Below, piece by piece: positions 57,112 to 64,000 of a DNA stretch of 64,000 bases. The translations under genes and the position numbers were made by a program. Where the stretch lies: positions 867,001-931,000 of the forward strand of contig CAWIJG010000002.1 of assembly GCA_963836315.1 (NCBI GenBank). The letters are read 5' to 3'. Under the pieces are notes generated by a model. It made no database searches, was not told the origin of the DNA, and saw only the letters and a list, made by a program, of their open reading frames with translations. Source of the DNA: an uncultured Verrucomicrobiae bacterium. GTDB taxonomy: Bacteria > Verrucomicrobiota > Verrucomicrobiia > Palsa-1439. Within the stretch, counting starts at the first letter, position 1, and each line of letters begins with the position of its first letter.

Positions 57112-58473
57112 ATGGAAGATACGATCGCGGCCATTTCCACTCCCATTGGCGAAGGTGGTATCGCCATCATTCGCGTTTCCGGCCCACAGGCCTTTGACCT
57201 TGCCGACCGTGTTTTTCATTCCCGCCGCGGACGGCCGTCCGAGTTCCCCTCCCATACGCTGCACTTCGGTACCATTGGTTCGAATGGCGCCGTCATCGAT
57301 CAGGTCATGCTCGCTGTCATGCGCTCACCCCGTACGTACACGAAGGAAGACACCGTCGAGATCAATTGTCACGGCGGCGTGCTGACCGCCCGCAAAGCTC
57401 TGGCACTTTGCCTGCAAAGTGGCGCCCGTCTGGCCGAGCCCGGCGAATTTACCAAACGCGCCTTCCTGAACGGCCGCCTGGACCTGACGCAGGCGGAGGG
57501 TGTCATGGATCTGATTCGCGCCAAGTCAGATCGCGCCCATGCAGCTGCGGTTCACGAGTTGGAAGGCCATCTTTCCGCAAAAATCAACCAAGCCCGCGAC
57601 CGATTACTGACGATTCTGGCCCACATTGAAGCTCATATCGACTTCCCTGATGAAGACCTTGGCCCGGAAGTACGCGCGGATCTGCTTCGCGGCACGGAAG
57701 AAACCCTGAACTTCCTCCGGTCCCTTCTCGCAACCGCCCGCGAAGGTAAGATTCTACGCGATGGTATATCCGTCGCGATTGTCGGACGTCCCAACGTGGG
57801 TAAATCCAGCCTCCTCAATGCCCTCGTTGGGAAAGACCGATCGATTGTCACGCCGATTCCAGGAACCACGCGCGACACGATCGAAGAGAGTGCCAGCATC
57901 AAGGGCGTTCCGTTTCGATTCACGGACACAGCCGGCATTCGTCGTTCGCGAGGAGCCGCCGAAAAGCTTGGAGTTGGTCGAAGCCGTAACACGTTGGCCA
58001 CCAGTGAGATAGTGCTGCATGTGTGCGACGCCTCAAAGCCGATGACTTCCGCTGACTCCGATATCATGAGGGCCTGTCCCAATACGAATACGATACTGGT
58101 TCTGAACAAAGCAGACCTACCTCGGCGCTTTCGTTTATCGCCTGAGATTCGAGGTCGTGAGTACCTCCTTGTATCAGCGCTACGAGGGGACGGCTTGGAC
58201 GTTCTTCAAACAGAACTGCTCGATCTCGCTTATTCCGGCACCGTGGGCACCGCCGACATCGATGTTGCCATTAATACGAGACATACAGCTTCGCTTGAAG
58301 CAGCAGATAAATACTTGACAGAAGCATGCCATCAACTAAAGGAAGTTGTGGCCATTGAGATCGTCTCTCAACAGCTTCGCCTAAGTCTAGACTGCATCGG
58401 CGTGATCGTTGGTAAGACAAGCACTGATGACATGCTGGACAGGATCTTTAGCACCTTCTGCATCGGCAAATGA
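57112..58473 (+). CDS. mnmE: tRNA modification GTPase MnmE (TrmE)
   Basis: Start ATG 57112 ([11 protein letters not shown]). G-domain [15 protein letters not shown]-terminal CIGK motif. Confidence 0.9.
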   Translation: MEDTIAAISTPIGEGGIAIIRVSGPQAFDLADRVFHSRRGRPSEFPSHTLHFGTIGSNGAVIDQVMLAVMRSPRTYTKEDTVEINCHGGVLTARKALALCLQSGARLAEPGEFTKRAFLNGRLDLTQAEGVMDLIRAKSDRAHAAAVHELEGHLSAKINQARDRLLTILAHIEAHIDFPDEDLGPEVRADLLRGTEETLNFLRSLLATAREGKILRDGISVAIVGRPNVGKSSLLNALVGKDRSIVTPIPGTTRDTIEESASIKGVPFRFTDTAGIRRSRGAAEKLGVGRSRNTLATSEIVLHVCDASKPMTSADSDIMRACPNTNTILVLNKADLPRRFRLSPEIRGREYLLVSALRGDGLDVLQTELLDLAYSGTVGTADIDVAINTRHTASLEAADKYLTEACHQLKEVVAIEIVSQQLRLSLDCIGVIVGKTSTDDMLDRIFSTFCIGK

Positions 58474-60284
58474 GTAATACGTTCAGATATCCAAACCAAT
58501 ACGACGTAATCGTAATCGGTGCAGGTCACGCAGGGACAGAGGCAGCACTCGCCAGCGCACGCATGGGTTGCGAGACGCTTTTGCTGACTACAAATCTCGA
58601 TACCATCGGACAAATGTCCTGCAACCCGGCAATTGGTGGCCTCGCCAAAGGTCATCTTGCCAGGGAGATCGATGCTCTTGGTGGCGAAATGGGCATTAAC
58701 ACCGATCAGACCGGCATTCAGTTTCGGATGCTCAACACGAAAAAGGGGCCTTCCGTCTGGGCTCCGCGCGCTCAGTGCGATAAAAAGGCCTATCAATTCC
58801 GCCTTAAATGGGTCGTCGAGAAGCAATCGAGGTTGGATGTAAAGCAGGCGATGATCGATGAAATTCTTGTCGAGGGAGATAAAGTCGTCGGTGTCGTCAC
58901 GAAGATGGGTACGCGTTTCGATGGCGCAAGCGTCATCGTGACCACTGGAACGTTTCTTAGGGGTCTGATCCATATAGGGGAATCGAAGATGGAGGCAGGG
59001 CGCGCAGGTGAGCCTGCGGCTTACTCGTTGTCCGACAACCTAAAGCGTCTGGGCTTCGAACTGGGCCGCTTAAAAACTGGCACTCCTCCAAGGCTAAACA
59101 GGCGATCGATCGACTTCTCCAAGATGGATGTGCAGCCCGGAGAAGAACCAATTCCGTTCTTTTCCTACCGCACTCAGCGAACGTTCCACGTGGAACAACT
59201 GCCATGCTATCTCACATACACTACCGAAAAAACTAGAGATGTCATACAGGCCAATCTCCATCGTTCGCCCATGTACTCTGGTCAGATCGAAGGAGTAGGA
59301 CCTCGCTACTGCCCCTCAATCGAAGACAAGTTCGTGAAGTTCCCAGAAAAGGAACGCCACCAGATCTTCCTCGAGCCGGAAGGAAGAGCCACCGATGAAT
59401 TCTACGTAAACGGTGCTTCCACCAGCCTTCCAGAGGACGTTCAGATCCAGATGATCCAGACCATAGTCGGTCTTGAGAATGCGCAGATCATGCGACCTGC
59501 TTACGCCGTAGAATACGACTACAGTCTCCCTCACCAACTACACCCCACCATGGAGACAAAGCGGATTGAAAACCTCTTCTTCGCTGGCCAAATCAACGGA
59601 ACTTCAGGATATGAAGAAGCTGGTGCACAGGGCCTAATAGCCGGAATCAACGCTGCTCTGAAAATCAAAACTGCTACTCCGCTAATACTCACACGCGCAG
59701 ATGGTTACATCGGCGTGTTAATTGACGACCTCATTACCAAGAGTACTGACGAACCGTATCGGATGTTCACATCCCGAGCGGAGTACCGCCTCTTGCTCCG
59801 CCAAGACAATGCCGACCTCCGCCTCACACCCTTGGGTCGTAAGGTCTCTTTGGTCGACAATGAGCACTGGGCTCTATTTCAAGAGAAGAGCCAATCTATC
59901 GAACGAGAGCTCAGCCGCCTTAACAAACTACGGAATGCTTCATCCTCTTATGCCGAAATCCTCTGTCGACCTGAGATCACTTATAAGTCGCTCCCCATTG
60001 CCGACCCAAGTCTCCCTGACGACATTTCCCAAGAGGTGGAAATCCAGATTAAGTATGCCGGCTACATAAGGCGCGACATCGAACAGATCGGACGGTTCCG
60101 TAAGCTTGAAGACAAACGCCTTCCTGCTTGGATGGACTACAATAAAATCGACGCTCTCAGGTTCGAATCTCGTCAGAAGTTGTCTCGCTACCGCCCTGAT
60201 TCAATCGGCCAAGCATCCCGAATTCCAGGGGTCACGCCCGCTGACATCGCCATCCTTCTTGTTTGGATCAAACGGGCCGGATAG
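58470..60284 (+). CDS. mnmG: tRNA uridine-5-carboxymethylaminomethyl synthesis enzyme MnmG (GidA)
   Basis: FAD-binding N-terminus [16 protein letters not shown]. 604 aa. ATGA overlap with mnmE. Confidence 0.9.
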   Translation: MSNTFRYPNQYDVIVIGAGHAGTEAALASARMGCETLLLTTNLDTIGQMSCNPAIGGLAKGHLAREIDALGGEMGINTDQTGIQFRMLNTKKGPSVWAPRAQCDKKAYQFRLKWVVEKQSRLDVKQAMIDEILVEGDKVVGVVTKMGTRFDGASVIVTTGTFLRGLIHIGESKMEAGRAGEPAAYSLSDNLKRLGFELGRLKTGTPPRLNRRSIDFSKMDVQPGEEPIPFFSYRTQRTFHVEQLPCYLTYTTEKTRDVIQANLHRSPMYSGQIEGVGPRYCPSIEDKFVKFPEKERHQIFLEPEGRATDEFYVNGASTSLPEDVQIQMIQTIVGLENAQIMRPAYAVEYDYSLPHQLHPTMETKRIENLFFAGQINGTSGYEEAGAQGLIAGINAALKIKTATPLILTRADGYIGVLIDDLITKSTDEPYRMFTSRAEYRLLLRQDNADLRLTPLGRKVSLVDNEHWALFQEKSQSIERELSRLNKLRNASSSYAEILCRPEITYKSLPIADPSLPDDISQEVEIQIKYAGYIRRDIEQIGRFRKLEDKRLPAWMDYNKIDALRFESRQKLSRYRPDSIGQASRIPGVTPADIAILLVWIKRAG

Positions 60285-60288
60285 ATAG

Positions 60289-61455
60289 CTATCTTGAGTC
60301 AAGAATTAGTCTTCTGAACTCACCGAATAGAAACTCCGCATCATGTGGCCCCGGAGAGGCTTCCGGATGATACTGAACACTGAAGATTGGTAGCTTTTTG
60401 TGTCGCATCCCTTCAACTGTCTGATCATTCAGATTGATCTGTGTAATCTCGACGTCATCTTGATTCAAGCTTGCCGGGTCAACAGCGAATCCGTGGTTTT
60501 GAGCAGTGATTGAAACCTTCCCGCTCGTAAGATCCTTCACCGGTTGGTTCCCACCCCGATGCCCGAATTTCAGCTTGAAAGTCCGTCCTCCAAATGAAAA
60601 TCCCAAAATCTGATGCCCAAGACAAATCCCGAAGATCGGGACTTCACCCATCAGATCTCGTACCGCCCCGTGCGCGTAGTCCAAAGCTTCCGGGTCGCCT
60701 GGCCCGTTCGACAAAAACACACCCTGCGGCTTATAGGTGAGTACTTCACTCGCCTTGGCGGTTGCTGGTACGACCTGAACACGAAACCCGTTCTGGCGTA
60801 GTTTACGCAGAATGTTGTATTTGATGCCGAAATCGAATGCCACAATTGGAATGTCCGCTTCCGGAAGATCGTTCGCGTACTGCACTTTCCCATCGACCTT
60901 TCGCCCAATGTTCCATGCCTGACTGACCTCGTCTTCGGGGTCCCACAAAAACGCTTTCCGATGTGTGACCTCCTTCACATAATCCACACCAAGGATGCCC
61001 CGCCAGTCACGCGCTCGCTCGACTGCTTCCTGATCGCTTATCTCCTCCGTCGATATGCAGCTCTTCATGGCGCCTTTGACTCGTAAGATTTTCGTCAGCG
61101 CGCGAGTATCAATGCCTGAAACTCCGGGAATACTGTGCTTGACAAGATATTCTGGAAGAAGAGCTTCCGACCGCCAATTTGATGCCACAGCGGAAAGCTG
61201 ACGCACCACTAGCCCTGCCACGTGCGGGCGCCAACTCTCAACGTCCCTGGAATTCGTTCCACAATTCCCGATTTCCGGATACGTCATCGCAACGATCTGG
61301 CCCTTGTAAGACGGGTCGGTGAGAATCTCCTGATAGCCGGTCATCGACGTGTTGAATACAGCTTCGCCACAAGCCGAAGCCTTGGCTCCAAACCCGACCC
61401 CGCGGTACACCGTGCCATCTTCGAGGGCGAAAACTCCGTTCAATTCCGTTGCCAT
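60289..61455 (-). CDS. carA: Carbamoyl-phosphate synthase small (glutaminase) subunit
   Basis: Start ATG 61455 (MATELNGVFALEDGTVYRG). Glutamine amidotransferase triad region (GICLGHQ, HPE). Confidence 0.9.
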   Translation of the reverse strand: MATELNGVFALEDGTVYRGVGFGAKASACGEAVFNTSMTGYQEILTDPSYKGQIVAMTYPEIGNCGTNSRDVESWRPHVAGLVVRQLSAVASNWRSEALLPEYLVKHSIPGVSGIDTRALTKILRVKGAMKSCISTEEISDQEAVERARDWRGILGVDYVKEVTHRKAFLWDPEDEVSQAWNIGRKVDGKVQYANDLPEADIPIVAFDFGIKYNILRKLRQNGFRVQVVPATAKASEVLTYKPQGVFLSNGPGDPEALDYAHGAVRDLMGEVPIFGICLGHQILGFSFGGRTFKLKFGHRGGNQPVKDLTSGKVSITAQNHGFAVDPASLNQDDVEITQINLNDQTVEGMRHKKLPIFSVQYHPEASPGPHDAEFLFGEFRRLILDSR

Positions 61456-61456
61456 C

Positions 61457-62727
61457 TCATCCGTGTCCGTTCTCTCGCCAAACGACCTCACCATTCACAA
61501 TCGTCGCCAGCGCTCGCCCGCGAAGCTTCCATCCATCGAACGGTGTGTTGCGGGACTTGCTCGCAGACCGCGCGACATCGTAGGTCCACTCACGTTCCGG
61601 GTCAACGACGGTAATGTCCGCATCCACGCCAATTGCGAGCGTGCCTTTCTTCAACCCCAGCAAGCGGGCCGGGTTCATAGTGAGTTTTTCAACAAGAGCC
61701 CGCAGGTTCAGAACCTTCTTCTTCACGAGTTCCAGTGAAAGCGCCAGTTCGGTTTCCAATCCAATGATCCCGAATGGCGCGAAATCAAATTCCACTTCTT
61801 TCTCATACGTGCAGTGCGGCGCGTGATCGCTGGCAATGACTTCCAGCGTGTTGTCAGCCAACCCTTCCAAAATCGCTTCCCGGTCCCGTTCCGTGCGCAA
61901 CGGCGGATTTATTTTGAAGTTCGTGTCGTAGGTCTTCACGCACTCCTCCGTCAATGTAAAATGATGCGGACACGCTTCGCCGGAAATCTTGATGCCGCGC
62001 TTCTTTGCCTGTCGAATGAGTTCCACCGAACCCGCCGACGAAACGTGCTGACAATGGATATGCCAGTCCGTTTGCTCGGCAATCAGTATGTTTCGCGCCA
62101 CGATCACATCTTCGCCAACGGCGGGCCAGCCGCGCAACCCAAGTGCCGCGCTCCAATGGCCTTCGTTCATCACGCCATCCGCCACCAGATTGTAGTCCTG
62201 GCAATGATCCAGGAGCGGCAGGTCGAACATTTTCGCGTACTCCATCGCCCGCCGCATCAACTCGTTATTCTGCACGCAATGCCCGTCGTCGGTGATGGCC
62301 ACCACCCCCGCCTTCTTCAGCGACCCAATCGGGGCCAACTCTTCACCCTTCAGCTCCTTCGTGATCGCTCCCGTCGGGAACACGTGGACACACGCCGCCT
62401 CCGCCGCGCGCTGCTTGATGAAAGCGATGGTCCCCGTATTGTCCGCCGCCGGCGTCGTGTTGGGCATGCACACCACCGACGTGAATCCGCCACGCGCCGC
62501 GCAACGCGTCCCCGTCTCAATCGTTTCCTTGTCGCTCCGCCCCGGTTCGCGCAAATGCACGTGCATGTCGATCAACCCTGGTAAAACGATCTTTCCGGTC
62601 GCGTCGATCACCTCCGCGCCCTTCGCGGCGGTAAACGCAATCCTGCCATCCACCACCCACACGTCGCGCACCTCGTCCACGTTGCTTGCGGGATCGATTA
62701 CGCGGCCGTTCCTGATCACGAGCGAGT

Positions 62728-62731
<4 letters not shown>
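61457..62731 (-). CDS. pyrC: Dihydroorotase
   Basis: Metal-binding [10 protein letters not shown], amidohydrolase fold. Start placed at GTG 62731 overlapping the pyrB stop (GTGA); the track ATG at 62836 would overlap pyrB by 109 nt. Confidence 0.85.

Positions 62732-64000
<1,269 letters not shown>

Overview
High-GC, gene-dense bacterial chromosomal segment with about 58 protein-coding genes. Gene content (many secreted BNR/sialidase-like and glycoside-hydrolase proteins, TonB systems, PilT) suggests a glycan-degrading Gram-negative, possibly Verrucomicrobia/PVC-like; this is inference only. I found no rRNA, tRNA, CRISPR array or transposase/integrase. Main blocks, left to right: (1) a ~1.2 kb ORF-poor leader region with three unrelated perfect palindromes; (2) aldo-keto reductase and PfkB sugar kinase; (3) a sulfur-linked module (DedA-rhodanese fusion, tandem Usp, TauE/SafE exporter, small membrane protein); (4) a tightly coupled minus-strand glycan-degradation operon (MFS, BNR-GH78 rhamnosidase chimera, BNR sialidase-like protein, two further glycoside hydrolases, orphan two-domain ABC ATPase, second MFS); (5) housekeeping tal / threonine dehydratase / pgk-tpiA-secG; (6) M3 peptidase plus an Opp/Dpp-type peptide ABC transporter; (7) glycerate kinase; (8) a nine-gene translationally coupled operon TBDR-TonB-ExbB-ExbD-coiled-coil-ABC ATPase-FtsX permease-DUF3299-like-MerC-like, preceded by a small His/Cys-rich membrane ORF, which is my best candidate for an undescribed envelope metal-trafficking system; (9) gdhA, lipid kinase, AsmA, rsmD; (10) a ~1.27 kb purine-skewed low-GC non-coding region; (11) TPR, pyk, coaD, yceD-rpmF-plsX-fabH, PilZ-like plus pilT, mnmE-mnmG, and pyrR-pyrB-pyrC-carA. 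Three genes (pgk, the peptide-binding protein, tandem Usp) carry frameshifts at G/C homopolymers, each repairable by a single added base, which points to assembly error rather than pseudogenes. All functional calls rest on motif recognition by eye from the translations; no database search was run.
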